Shown here: positions 19,142 through 28,412 of the stretch, piece by piece | Layout: each line of letters begins with the position of its first letter | Numbering within the stretch: position 1 is the stretch's first letter | From: Vicinamibacterales bacterium | GTDB taxonomy: Bacteria > Acidobacteriota > Vicinamibacteria > Vicinamibacterales > 2-12-FULL-66-21 | Length of the DNA: 64,000 nt | NCBI GenBank assembly: GCA_035492775.1 | Contig: DATJIW010000082.1 | Location: 6,473 to 70,472 of the forward strand | Direction: 5' to 3' | The notes under the pieces: generated by a model | What the model was told of the DNA's origin: nothing | Databases searched by the model: none | Seen by the model: only the letters and a program-made list of their open reading frames with translations | Made by a program: the position numbers and the translations under genes

Positions 19142-22100
19142 CTACACGCGCGTGACGCTGCGGCGAGAGGCGATCACGCCTGCGAGCGGCGCGTGTACGC
19201 GGATGATCGTGCCGCTGCCTCGTCCCGACTGCACCTGGAACGTGCCGCCGAGCCGCTCGGCGCGATGCCGCATGCTGAGGAGTCCCTGTCCTTCTCGTGA
19301 CGGCGACGGCTCGAACCCATCGCCGTCGTCTGTAATCTCGAGGGCGAGCGTCGCTCGATCGACGTGAAGCGCGACACTCACGTGGGAAGAGCGCGCGTGG
19401 CGGGATGCGTTGTTCAGCGCTTCCTTGAAGATGAGGAACAGATCGCGTCTGAGGCCGCTATCCAACCGCATGTCTTCGTCTGCACCGGGCGCGTCGAACT
19501 GCACGGTGATGCCGTGTGCTCGCGACGTTTCCTCGAGATGGTGGCGCATGCGCCGCACGAGATCGACGAGGTGGTCGCGTTGCGGATTGATCGCCCACAC
19601 GATGTCGCTCATTGCGGCGACCGACTCGCGAGAAATTCGCGAGATCGCGCCGACCGGATCGTCGGGTGATGTCTCGGCCGGGCTCCGCCGGCGGGCGACT
19701 TCGCTGAGAATTGCGATCCGGGTGAGATTCGCTCCGATGTCGTCGTGCAGGTCGAGCGCGATCCGCGTACGGAGATCCGCGAGGTCGAGGAGCCGTTTCA
19801 TCCGGTACCGGTGAACGCCAAGGACGATTCCAGCCAGGAACAGGCCGGCACCGGAGACGAACCACCACCGCTGCCAGATTGGCCGCAGAACGACAAACGT
19901 CACAGCGGCAGGCTGTGTGCTTTCCAGCCCAGATGATGTGACGGCCTGGACCAGAAATCTGTACGATCCCGGCCGCAGGCCGGCGTAGTTGACCGACCGC
20001 TGATCGACAGGTTGGCTCCAGCCGGTTTGCGGGTCCAGACGGAACCTGTACCGCAGCGTTTCGCCTGGAGCGAACTCGAGACCTGCGAAATCGATCTGGA
20101 CCTGCGCCTGCGACGGCTGCAGGTTGGGCAGCGTCAGCGCGGTCTCACCGAGCGGCGAGACGGCCTGCCGCTCGCCGCCGACGATGAGGCCGGTGACGAT
20201 CACGGGCGGAGGTACACCCGGAGGATCGGCAACCGGTACGAGCTTGGACAGCCCTCCGGTCATGCCGAACCACAGCGTGCCTTCGCGATCGCGATATGCG
20301 GTCCGGAAGAGCCCGGGTGCCAGGCCATCGGCGGTCGTGTAGTGCTTGATGCGCGCGGTAACCGGATCGAGCCGATCGAGCGCTCGTCCTGTGCCGACAT
20401 AAATGCGGCCGGCCAGATCCTCGACAAGCACCTGCGCGGCATTGCTCGAGAGGCCGTCAAGTGTCGTGTACGTCTTGAACCGGACGTTTGCGTCGCCGGC
20501 GTGGTTAATCCGGATCAACCCGCTCTGCGACGATGCGAACCAGATCTGTCCCGTGTGGTCCGCGATCATTTCGACGATTGCACCAGGCGGAAGGCCATCG
20601 GGCGCGCCGAACGACTTGACGCCGGCCGGCGTCACGCGAACGAGCGCGCTGTTGAATCCGATCCAGATCGCTCCGCGCCCGTCTTCGGCAAACGACCGTG
20701 CCAATTCGTCCCTGAGCGCCGGGAAGTCGGGAAGGTCCGCAACGCTCGTCCACCTGCCCGTAGCCCGCTCCCAGCGCGTCAGCCCGCTCGACACGCTGGA
20801 AATCGTCGACACCCAGACATCTCCGCGCGAGTCTTCGAACATGCGGAAGATCTGACGGCCGGGCAGGCCGTCTCGCTCGGTGTAATGCGCGATGACACGG
20901 CTGGAGCTAATGCCGGGAAAGTCCCTGCCACCGGCGATGCGATATATCCCGTCCGCCGTTCCAATCCACCATTCGCCGGTGCGGCTGTGGAGTGTCACGT
21001 GTTCGACGACCCATCCAGGCGACGTCAGCAGCGCGGGATAAAACCACTCGGCGCGCCCATTGGCGAGGCAGCCGAAACGCGTTCGCGAGTCCGTGGGCCC
21101 GGGAAGAGATCGATCGGGCGGGGGGCTTCCGCGAAAGCAGATGACGCCGCGATCGTCTTCGAAGAGTCCATTGATGCCCGCGACGTCTTCGGCCGAGCCA
21201 TACGTGATGAATCCATTGCGCGCGATCTTCATCACGCCCACGGTGTTCGTCCCGAGCCAGATGTTTCCCGCGGAATCCTCGTTGACCGCCGTAATTTCGT
21301 AGTAGCTCAGACCCTGATCGGTCGTATAGGTCCGGATCGTCCGCGTTTCGCCGCTTTCGACGACCTCGACGACTCCCGCGTTGGTCGCGGCCCAGATGTG
21401 TCCATCGGCCGATTCGAACAGCTGAAAGATCCAATCCGACGGCAGCCCGCTTGCGTGCAAATATGCCGGGCGCATGGACAGCTGCCCGCGCCCGTCCTGG
21501 CGCAGTGCGAAGAACCCGCCGCCTCGAGTCGCGACCCACAGGCGTCCTTCGCGATCCTCCAGCAGGTCATGAACGTATTCGTCCGGAAGACCGTCACGGC
21601 GCGTGTACCGGCGCGCCGACCCGTCGGGCTGCCGCGCATACAAACCGGCGGGCGTGCCGATCCACAGCACGCCGCGGCGGTCCTGGACGATGTCCGTAAC
21701 CAACCGTGTCTCCGCGTAATCGGCCGGGAGGCCGATGTCGATCGGGATCAGTACAGGCCTGTTCGCGTCGTCGAGACGGTACAAGCCATCGTTGGTTCCA
21801 ACCCAGATTCCCGACCGCGAATCCTCCAGGAGCGCCGTGGTGATGCGCGCTCGAGGGTGATCGGTGGCGGGCGTGACCGGTACGAACATCGGTGCGACGC
21901 CGCCCGGCGTTGCGCCCCAACGGGCAGGTGCGCCGCCGGGATCGAACCGGAAGAGTCCGCCATCGGTGGCGACCCAGTAGTGGCCGTCGCGCGTCTCGAG
22001 CAGGTCGTTCGTGCCGCGCGGTGGCAGTCCCTGATCGGCGGTGAAGTTCGTAAAGCCGTAGCCGTCGAAGCGCGCGAGTCCGTCGCCAGTGCAGAACCAG

Positions 22101-22225
22101 AGGAATCCGTGCGAGTCGCGGACGATCTTGTTGATCTCGTCGTGAGGGAGTCCGTCCGCTGCGCTGTACGTCCGGATGGGCAGGCGTTCCGCGGACGCGA
22201 CGCCGCTGACGGCGACGAGTACCAC
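19142..22225 (-). CDS. Sensor histidine kinase with periplasmic two-component-regulator propeller / Y_Y_Y region and HisKA_3-HATPase_c core
   Basis: Many repeats of the type DGLP...V..(L/I).ED..G.(L/I)W(V/I)GT. A TM segment (WWFVSGAGLFLAGIVLGV). Then IALDLHDDIGANLTRI (HisKA_3 His box) and an ATPase G-boxes region. In-frame upstream sequence (RRWRLRARIAIIVVLVAVSGVASA) looks like the missing signal peptide. A CTG at 22249 lies 6 nt after AGGAGG, so the true start may be 22249. Confidence 0.8.
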   Translation of the reverse strand: MVLVAVSGVASAERLPIRTYSAADGLPHDEINKIVRDSHGFLWFCTGDGLARFDGYGFTNFTADQGLPPRGTNDLLETRDGHYWVATDGGLFRFDPGGAPARWGATPGGVAPMFVPVTPATDHPRARITTALLEDSRSGIWVGTNDGLYRLDDANRPVLIPIDIGLPADYAETRLVTDIVQDRRGVLWIGTPAGLYARQPDGSARRYTRRDGLPDEYVHDLLEDREGRLWVATRGGGFFALRQDGRGQLSMRPAYLHASGLPSDWIFQLFESADGHIWAATNAGVVEVVESGETRTIRTYTTDQGLSYYEITAVNEDSAGNIWLGTNTVGVMKIARNGFITYGSAEDVAGINGLFEDDRGVICFRGSPPPDRSLPGPTDSRTRFGCLANGRAEWFYPALLTSPGWVVEHVTLHSRTGEWWIGTADGIYRIAGGRDFPGISSSRVIAHYTERDGLPGRQIFRMFEDSRGDVWVSTISSVSSGLTRWERATGRWTSVADLPDFPALRDELARSFAEDGRGAIWIGFNSALVRVTPAGVKSFGAPDGLPPGAIVEMIADHTGQIWFASSQSGLIRINHAGDANVRFKTYTTLDGLSSNAAQVLVEDLAGRIYVGTGRALDRLDPVTARIKHYTTADGLAPGLFRTAYRDREGTLWFGMTGGLSKLVPVADPPGVPPPVIVTGLIVGGERQAVSPLGETALTLPNLQPSQAQVQIDFAGLEFAPGETLRYRFRLDPQTGWSQPVDQRSVNYAGLRPGSYRFLVQAVTSSGLESTQPAAVTFVVLRPIWQRWWFVSGAGLFLAGIVLGVHRYRMKRLLDLADLRTRIALDLHDDIGANLTRIAILSEVARRRSPAETSPDDPVGAISRISRESVAAMSDIVWAINPQRDHLVDLVRRMRHHLEETSRAHGITVQFDAPGADEDMRLDSGLRRDLFLIFKEALNNASRHARSSHVSVALHVDRATLALEITDDGDGFEPSPSREGQGLLSMRHRAERLGGTFQVQSGRGSGTIIRVHAPLAGVIASRRSVTRV

Positions 22226-22270
22226 GATGATCGCAATACGAGCGCGCAGGCGCCACCTCCTGATGCCGTC

Positions 22271-24772
22271 TTATTTCCCGCGCAATTGACGGAGCTGGAT
22301 CGCCCGCGCCGACAATCGGGCCGCGCGCTCGCGATCCGCGGCGGCGCGCGCGGGATCGCTCTCGAAGCGCTCGGCCGCCAGATTCAACCAGGCCATTCTG
22401 CCCTCGATGACCGCGATGTCGTTATCGCCGCCTTTCAACTTTTCCGCTTCCGACAGCAGCGAGTCGGCCTCGTCGAACAGCCGACGCGCAGCGGCCGGCG
22501 GCAGTTCCTTCTGGGTGTGTACCGTCCCCACCATCTGACCGGCCAGTGCGCCGCGGCTCGACGGGCTGGATTTCGCCCTCGCGCGCGCCGTGCGCAGCGC
22601 CTTCTCCCCGTCTGCCGTCCTGCCCGTGCGCAGCAGCACGGCTGCGAGCGCGCAGTGTGCGGCGGGGTCGTCCGGTTGCCGTTTGAGCATCGCGCGCGCG
22701 GCCGTCTCCTGACGATCCGGCCGGTCCAACTCACGCGGGCCGGTCAACACCATCAAACGGGCGAATGCCGGAGTTCGATCCGCGTCAGTGGGGGCCAGGT
22801 CGATGACGCGCTGCAGTTCGGAGACCGCGTGTTCGAGGGCGGCGATCCTGGCTGGCCCGCCCGTCGTTGCGTCCGCCGCGCGCTCGTACAGCGCCGCGAG
22901 TTCGACGTGCGGCGCGTGGAGGTCCGGCCGTCCGGCGGCGTATTGTTCGATTGCCGCGACGGCCTCCGCGATGCCTCCCTCATCTGCGAGCCTGGCGTTC
23001 CAGCGCCGCGTGGCGTCCCACTCGAGATCATCCGCCTCCGTTGCTGATACTGTGCGGACCGGCGGCGGCGCACCGTTCTTGTGGTTTTCGATCGGAGCCC
23101 CCCAGCGTTCCGACTCGAGCAGTAATGCAAGCCGCTCCTGTCGGGTTTGTGCGACGCGCTCGGCCTCGAGATCGAGAGCCATCGCTCTTGCCAGCGTCGC
23201 CAGCCGATAATCCTGCGTCGTCCTGTCTGGCGCCGCCAGCGCCGCATCTGCGGCGAGGATCGCCTCATCGAGAAACGTCCGCGCGGTCTCGCGCGGGAGC
23301 GAGCGCTGCGTCTGCACGTACTCGATCGCGTACTGCGCCTCCATCAGGATGGCGAGCGGCGGCATTGATGCCACGGCGCGTCCCTTTCGCATCACTTCCG
23401 CGGCACCAGCCATGTCTCCTTTCTCCCGCAGCAGCTGCGCGTACACCATGTGTGCTTCGGTGCGGGAGGGGTGTTCACTGGCCAACCGGCGAGCGTATTT
23501 CTCCGCCTGCGCAGGATCATTGATTGCGTCTGGTCCATACAGTTTCACGAGCTTCCACTTCATCAAGAAGCCCGCTTCCCCGTCGGCGTAGAGGTCCGCG
23601 GCTTTCGCGTAATGCGCGGCGGCGGATTCGAGGTCCCGGCGCTTTGCTGTCCCCGACGCGTCCGGCGTGCTCGATCTGGTTTCGTACATCTGCGCGAGCA
23701 TGAACTGCGCGTCCGCGACGTCAGGATTTCGCGCGACGAACTTCTCGAGAATCGGAATCGCTTTGACAGCGACGTCCGTGGACGTGCTGTCGGGAAGTGC
23801 AAGCTTCGAAATCGTCCGGGAGGCCTGCTCCCATTCGCGTTGTGTCTGTGGCGGCATGGCGGCAGGCGCGCTGGTCCGTACCGCGAGCGCGACGCCTCCG
23901 CTGCGGCGAGCGGCCTCCACGTTCAGCACTTGCCATACATCTGACATCGGCCGCGATTCGTCGATGTGAAGGCGTACCCGCTTTCCGGCGGCGACGCGCT
24001 GCATGGCGGTCCGGGCCGGCGCGATCGCACCGGCCCTGGGGACGCTCACGATCGCGTCGGGCGTCATCGTCGGCGGTGCCTTGTCGACCTGCGGCAGCCG
24101 CGGTCCGCCAGGCGACGCCGGTACCTCTTCGAGGGTGACAGGAATCGCTGCCGTCGCGTCAGTAGTGCCGACAAACAGAAGCAGCCGCTCGACGCCCGCG
24201 TCCGTTGCGCTCGCCAGGACCCGGACGCACTCGCGATACGTCGCAGTACCGGGAATGTGGACGTAAAGCTCTTTCCGAGCTTCGGTCCTCATCACGTCCT
24301 GGAGTCGCAGGGTGAGGTTGTCGTCGAGGAGCGGAGTTCCGTTGAGGGTCCAGTCCGTCGCGTCGTGGTCCAGTACAAGTGGGCCGGGCGGACGCGCCGC
24401 CACGGGCGCGCCCAGCGCGAACTTCACCTTGACCGTCATTTTCACGGCGGTCGGTACGCCGTCTACTGTCGCCGGTGTGTACTCCCACTGCCGTACGGCC
24501 GTGAGTGCTGCGTCGTCCAATTGAGGGATCGACGCGATCACGCTCGCATCGCTCACCTTGCCGTCGATACCCACAGTCGCTTCGATGGCGACCTCGCCCT
24601 GAATACGCGCCTGTTGGGCGGTAGCGGGATACACGGGGTCGACGTTTTTGATCTTCTTCGGGGGCTCGAGTTTCTGCGCGCAGACGGCCGCGGGCGACCA
24701 AAGCCAGCAGACCAGCGCGAGCAGGCCCAGGCCATATCTGGCGCGGGTGATCGGGCATCGGCGGAACACCAT
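22271..24772 (-). CDS. TonB C-terminal-domain protein with long helical/TPR-like region
   Basis: ATG at 24772 with AGGAGGAA upstream. Signal peptide (GLGLLALVCWLWSPAAVCA). Then KNVDPVYPATAQQARIQGEVAIEATVGIDGKVSDASV...AALTAVRQWEYTPATVDGVP (TonB_C fold), followed by about 600 aa of Ala/Arg-rich helical repeats. The 218 upstream codons in the ORF track overlap the decarboxylase gene and are rejected. Confidence 0.65.
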   Translation of the reverse strand: MVFRRCPITRARYGLGLLALVCWLWSPAAVCAQKLEPPKKIKNVDPVYPATAQQARIQGEVAIEATVGIDGKVSDASVIASIPQLDDAALTAVRQWEYTPATVDGVPTAVKMTVKVKFALGAPVAARPPGPLVLDHDATDWTLNGTPLLDDNLTLRLQDVMRTEARKELYVHIPGTATYRECVRVLASATDAGVERLLLFVGTTDATAAIPVTLEEVPASPGGPRLPQVDKAPPTMTPDAIVSVPRAGAIAPARTAMQRVAAGKRVRLHIDESRPMSDVWQVLNVEAARRSGGVALAVRTSAPAAMPPQTQREWEQASRTISKLALPDSTSTDVAVKAIPILEKFVARNPDVADAQFMLAQMYETRSSTPDASGTAKRRDLESAAAHYAKAADLYADGEAGFLMKWKLVKLYGPDAINDPAQAEKYARRLASEHPSRTEAHMVYAQLLREKGDMAGAAEVMRKGRAVASMPPLAILMEAQYAIEYVQTQRSLPRETARTFLDEAILAADAALAAPDRTTQDYRLATLARAMALDLEAERVAQTRQERLALLLESERWGAPIENHKNGAPPPVRTVSATEADDLEWDATRRWNARLADEGGIAEAVAAIEQYAAGRPDLHAPHVELAALYERAADATTGGPARIAALEHAVSELQRVIDLAPTDADRTPAFARLMVLTGPRELDRPDRQETAARAMLKRQPDDPAAHCALAAVLLRTGRTADGEKALRTARARAKSSPSSRGALAGQMVGTVHTQKELPPAAARRLFDEADSLLSEAEKLKGGDNDIAVIEGRMAWLNLAAERFESDPARAAADRERAARLSARAIQLRQLRGK

Positions 24773-24846
24773 CGATTCCTCCTGTCGACGGCACCGGGGG
24801 ACGGGTTTGATGCGCGACCGATGATACGGGAGACGGCGGTCGGGCG

Positions 24847-26352
24847 CTACTTCGCTCGAGGCCGGGCGGTCATCTCGGCGTGGATTTCGCGGCCGACGCG
24901 GGCCGCGATCTCGACCGCTGCCTCGACATCGCGTCGTGTCGTGTGGAAATTGACGATGCACGCTCTGAGCGCGTAGCGGCCGGTGATGACCGCGTTGGAC
25001 ACGAATATTTCGCCTTCGCGCTGAAGGCGATCGAGCAGCGCTCGATTGAGCGCATCGAGGTGGCGCTCGACGTCCGCGTCTCCCACCCTTGATCGCAACT
25101 CGTGCGGCACTGCGCGGAACGTGGTGATGCTCAAATCCTGCGTGAGCAGTTCGAGGTCGTTCGATCGACGGACGGCGTCCGCCATGGCGCGTGACAGACG
25201 GATGTCGTCGGAAATCATCTGTCGGTATCCCGCCGCGCCGGCGTGCTGGAGTGCCAGCCACACTTTCAGCGCGCGGAACCCGCGCGAGTTCTGCGGACCG
25301 TAATCGGCGTAGTTCGTTGCGCGCTCCTCGAAGTGGTAGTACGGCGGGTGATACGCGAACGCCGATCGGAGCGTTTCCGCATCCCTGACGAGTGCGCAAC
25401 CGGCCTCGAGCGGAGCGTACAGCCACTTATGGGGATCCACCGCGACGGAGTCTGCCGCCGAAAGCGCTCGCAAATCATCGGGTGCCTCGGGCACGGCGGC
25501 GGCGAAGCCGCCGTAGGCGCCGTCCACGTGGAACCAGAGGTCATATTGACGGCAAACCTGAGCGATCTCGATCAGGGGATCGACCGCGCCGGTGCTGACC
25601 GACCCCGCTGTTGCGACCACCATGAATGGGGCGTCGCCCGACGACATGTCAGCGTCGATCTGCCGTCGCAGCGCGGCCACGTCCATGCGAAGCGTGTCGT
25701 CGGTTGGAATCCATCGGATCGCATCGGTCCCGAGACCTGCAATGTCGGCGGCCTTCTGGATCCACGTGTGCGTCTCCGCCGAGCCGTACACGCGATGCTG
25801 GCGCACGGGCTTCGCCGCGAGACCCCGCTCGCGCACATCGGCCGCCTTCGCCGCGCGTGCCGCGAGCAGGCAGACGATGTTCGCCATGTTTCCGCCGCTG
25901 ACGAACAGCCCCCCGCAGCTGCCCGGATATCCGATGAACTCCGCAATCCACCGAACGGCCTGGGATTCGATTTCCGTTGCCGCGGGTGCCAGCCTCCATC
26001 CGCCGACGTTCGCGTTGAGTGCCGAGGCGAGAAAGTCGCCCAGGATGCCGATGGGTGCCGGCGCGGAGGTGATGTAGCCGAAGAATCGCGGATGTGCGTT
26101 GAACAGGGAGTGTTCGAACAGTACTCGGACGCTGCGTTCCAGCAGCGCGGCGGGATCCGCGCCTGTCTCGGGAAGCGATCCGGTGACGGTGACTGCCGCA
26201 CGCACCGCGGTCGGCGATTCGTCGTGTGTAACGGGACCCCGAGGAATAGCCGCGATCGCGTCCGCGATCTGATCCACCAGCCGATGCCCCAGCGCCCGAA
26301 ACGCGGAAGCATCCATCGCGATGGGCGCGCGCCGCGGTGATTCATCCGTCAC
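24847..26352 (-). CDS. Group II pyridoxal-phosphate-dependent (aromatic amino acid / DABA-type) decarboxylase
   Basis: SGGNMANI..., HVDGAYGG..., SVAVDPHKWLYAPLEAGCALVRD (PLP-lysine HK motif). The GTG start overlaps the upstream stop (GTGA at 26349-26352). Confidence 0.8.
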   Translation of the reverse strand: MTDESPRRAPIAMDASAFRALGHRLVDQIADAIAAIPRGPVTHDESPTAVRAAVTVTGSLPETGADPAALLERSVRVLFEHSLFNAHPRFFGYITSAPAPIGILGDFLASALNANVGGWRLAPAATEIESQAVRWIAEFIGYPGSCGGLFVSGGNMANIVCLLAARAAKAADVRERGLAAKPVRQHRVYGSAETHTWIQKAADIAGLGTDAIRWIPTDDTLRMDVAALRRQIDADMSSGDAPFMVVATAGSVSTGAVDPLIEIAQVCRQYDLWFHVDGAYGGFAAAVPEAPDDLRALSAADSVAVDPHKWLYAPLEAGCALVRDAETLRSAFAYHPPYYHFEERATNYADYGPQNSRGFRALKVWLALQHAGAAGYRQMISDDIRLSRAMADAVRRSNDLELLTQDLSITTFRAVPHELRSRVGDADVERHLDALNRALLDRLQREGEIFVSNAVITGRYALRACIVNFHTTRRDVEAAVEIAARVGREIHAEMTARPRAK

Positions 26353-27191
26353 GTCTTCAATCCTTCGAACAGATCCGTCTCGTGAATGCGGCCGCCGTTG
26401 ACGGTGCTGAACGCGCGATAGAACGACTGCCGCCCCCAGAGCGCCTCGTGGTGCTCCGGCGACAGCTCCTTCAATCGTTCGTACGCGGCGAGCTGCGACT
26501 CATGACACGATACCGCACGCCAGACGGTCGGCCACATCGCGGTTGCGTCGATCTCGGTGGTGATCGCCCACGGCGGCCACGCCGTCACCTGGCGTTCCAC
26601 TCCGTCGACCGTGATTGATAGTGCCCGAATCGCGGCGCGGTAGGCATTCCATGTCGAGGCTGGCCACGCGATGTAGTACAGCTTCGAGACGGCATGCGTC
26701 TCCGCATCATCGTCCGCGCCGTCAGCGAACCCGCTGTCGGCGGCGGCAACGACGGCCGCCGTTGCGAACTGGGAAATCGCCACGTGATCCGGATGTCCAT
26801 ATGCGCCGTCCGGGCCGAACGTGATGACGACGTCGGGACGGATGCGTCTCAAGTGCCGGACGATTCGCCCGATCGCCTCGCGCGGATCCGCGCGATCGAG
26901 ATGCTGGTCCCGGTACCCCAGCAGCGACACGTCGCGGATGCCGAGGACGGCTGCCGCGCGTCGCAGCTCCGCCTCGCGAATGCGAGCCAGCTCCTCCACC
27001 CCGGGGTGACCTTCGCTGCCTGACGGGCGCCCGCGATAACGGCCGCCTTCGCCGCGCGTCGCGGTCACCAGGTATACGTCGACGCCGTCGGCGGCATATT
27101 TGGCGAGCGTTCCGCCCACCCCAAGCGATTCGTCGTCGGGGTGGGCGAACACGGCCATCAATTTGCGCCCCATGGATCCGTTCTCTTTCAC
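26349..27191 (-). CDS. PIG-L / LmbE family N-acetylglucosaminyl deacetylase
   Basis: MAVFAHPDDESLGVGGTLAKY...GHPDHV motifs. The GTG start overlaps the DinB stop (GTGA at 27188-27191). An alternative ATG is at 27173. Confidence 0.8.
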   Translation of the reverse strand: MKENGSMGRKLMAVFAHPDDESLGVGGTLAKYAADGVDVYLVTATRGEGGRYRGRPSGSEGHPGVEELARIREAELRRAAAVLGIRDVSLLGYRDQHLDRADPREAIGRIVRHLRRIRPDVVITFGPDGAYGHPDHVAISQFATAAVVAAADSGFADGADDDAETHAVSKLYYIAWPASTWNAYRAAIRALSITVDGVERQVTAWPPWAITTEIDATAMWPTVWRAVSCHESQLAAYERLKELSPEHHEALWGRQSFYRAFSTVNGGRIHETDLFEGLKT

Positions 27192-27748
27192 GCAGTAAGC
27201 GTTTCAGCCCCCCGTGCCTTCGCGAGCGCCGCCCGGATCTTCGCCAGGTGGTGATAACTGTGGCGGACCGGATGATCCTCGAGAAAGAACTGACACGTCA
27301 GCGGCGCGTCGGCGTTCAGCGACACGAGCGCGGCGCGGTCCAGCTCGCCGTCTGTCAAGGCGCGGATGCCGGCCGCCGCGGCGGCGCTGTTCGTTCGAAG
27401 CAGCGCCACCGCCTGGTCGCGCGTGACCGCATCGTTGGCAGCCGCGTGCTTCGCGTTGATGTCGTTGATGACGTCCCACGTCACGCCTTCGATGGGCTTG
27501 CCGGCCGCGAGCGCCAGCGCCAGCTGCATCTCCAGGGGATACATGCTCGCGACGTGATGGACGACGACACCGACCTTGCGGCCGTCGCCAGGGATGCGCA
27601 CCTGCCAGTCGGAATCAGAAAGCGAGAGCGCGAGCGACTCCAGTCTCCGCGCACCTTCTTCAAGCCGCTCAGCGAGCGCGTTCGCGCGCCGGCTGACGGA
27701 CGGCAGCGTGGACGAAGCGTCTGCTGTTGCCGCAACGACGGTACTCAT
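27188..27748 (-). CDS. DinB-family protein
   Basis: Internal ATG at 27748 (MSTVVAATAD...). Four-helix-bundle-type sequence with His residues (VVHHVASMY..., HSYHHLAKI). The Gly/Arg-rich 102 aa extension in the ORF track is read-through of the G-rich repeat. Confidence 0.6.
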   Translation of the reverse strand: MSTVVAATADASSTLPSVSRRANALAERLEEGARRLESLALSLSDSDWQVRIPGDGRKVGVVVHHVASMYPLEMQLALALAAGKPIEGVTWDVINDINAKHAAANDAVTRDQAVALLRTNSAAAAAGIRALTDGELDRAALVSLNADAPLTCQFFLEDHPVRHSYHHLAKIRAALAKARGAETLTA

Positions 27749-27900
27749 ATGGGTAGCCTCCGGTTCGAGCCGCGCCGGAATGCGCAGCTTCTTCAACCTA
27801 CGAGATGGAAGCCGGTTGCGGAAATGTCCGAGCGTCCGATTTGCTTGGCAGGCCATCCGCCGTCCCGGATTGCCTGCCCCGGCGTCCACGAGACTTGACC

Positions 27901-28019
27901 GCCCGTCCGCCCCCCGCGCCCCGCCCCCCGCACCCCGCGCCCGCACCCGCGCCCCGCACCCGCGCCCGCCCCCGCGCCCCGCACCCCGCGTCCCGCCCCC
28001 GCACCCGCGCCCCGCCCCC
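27901..28019. repeat. About 120 bp degenerate C-tract (plus strand) / G-tract (minus strand) array
   Basis: Read directly: gcccgtccgccccccgcgccccgccccccgcaccccgcgcccgcacccgcgccccgcacccgcgcccgcccccgcgccccgcaccccgcgtcccgcccccgcacccgcgccccgccccc. It begins right after the stop of the 28020-28388 gene and is upstream of the DinB operon. Confidence 0.85.
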
Positions 28020-28388
28020 TCAACGAATCCCCGTATCGAACTCCAGCCTGACATCCGTCAGGCCGCCAGTCATCACCTGCACCGTCTTGACCTGCGATTC
28101 CGGCGACAGGATTGGCGCATCCGCCGCCGGGACGACCGTGTAAGTCCCCGGGGCGAGCATCACCGTGAAACGCCCGTCCGAATCCGAATGAAACTGGGTG
28201 ATGCGCTGACCGTTTCGTTCGACGCTGAACGTCGCGCTGAACGGCGCATCGCATGACACGTTCGCCTGACATACGGGAGTGACCGGGCCACGTTCAACGA
28301 CGCCCGTCAACCCTGTCGAAAGACCCGGACTGGTGGGCCCCCCGCAGGCGGCCACTGCGAACGCGAAGAGTACGGTGCAGGTGCGCAT
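28020..28388 (-). CDS. Small lipoprotein, beta-sandwich-like (hypothetical)
   Basis: MRTCTVLFAFAVAACGG lipobox. The motif DSDGRFTVMLAPGTYTVV resembles carboxypeptidase-regulatory/prealbumin-like folds. ATG at 28388 is preferred to the TTG at 28397. Confidence 0.55.
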   Translation of the reverse strand: MRTCTVLFAFAVAACGGPTSPGLSTGLTGVVERGPVTPVCQANVSCDAPFSATFSVERNGQRITQFHSDSDGRFTVMLAPGTYTVVPAADAPILSPESQVKTVQVMTGGLTDVRLEFDTGIR

Positions 28389-28412
28389 CGAAAACAACGA
28401 TCGGGATGTCTG

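Noticed and set aside
20012-23047. 1011 aa plus-strand ORF
   Set aside because: It is antisense to the sensor kinase and the TonB_C/TPR gene. Its composition is Arg-rich and it has no motifs. Shadow ORF.
24773-25426. 218-codon N-terminal extension of the TonB_C/TPR ORF
   Set aside because: It overlaps the 3' part of the PLP-decarboxylase gene in another frame and is Arg-rich nonsense. A strong AGGAGGAA RBS plus a signal peptide begins at ATG 24772.
27749-28054. Gly/Arg-rich 102-codon extension of the DinB ORF
   Set aside because: It is simply a translation of the G-tract repeat and of the tail of the neighbouring lipoprotein gene region. The DinB-like sequence begins at ATG 27748.
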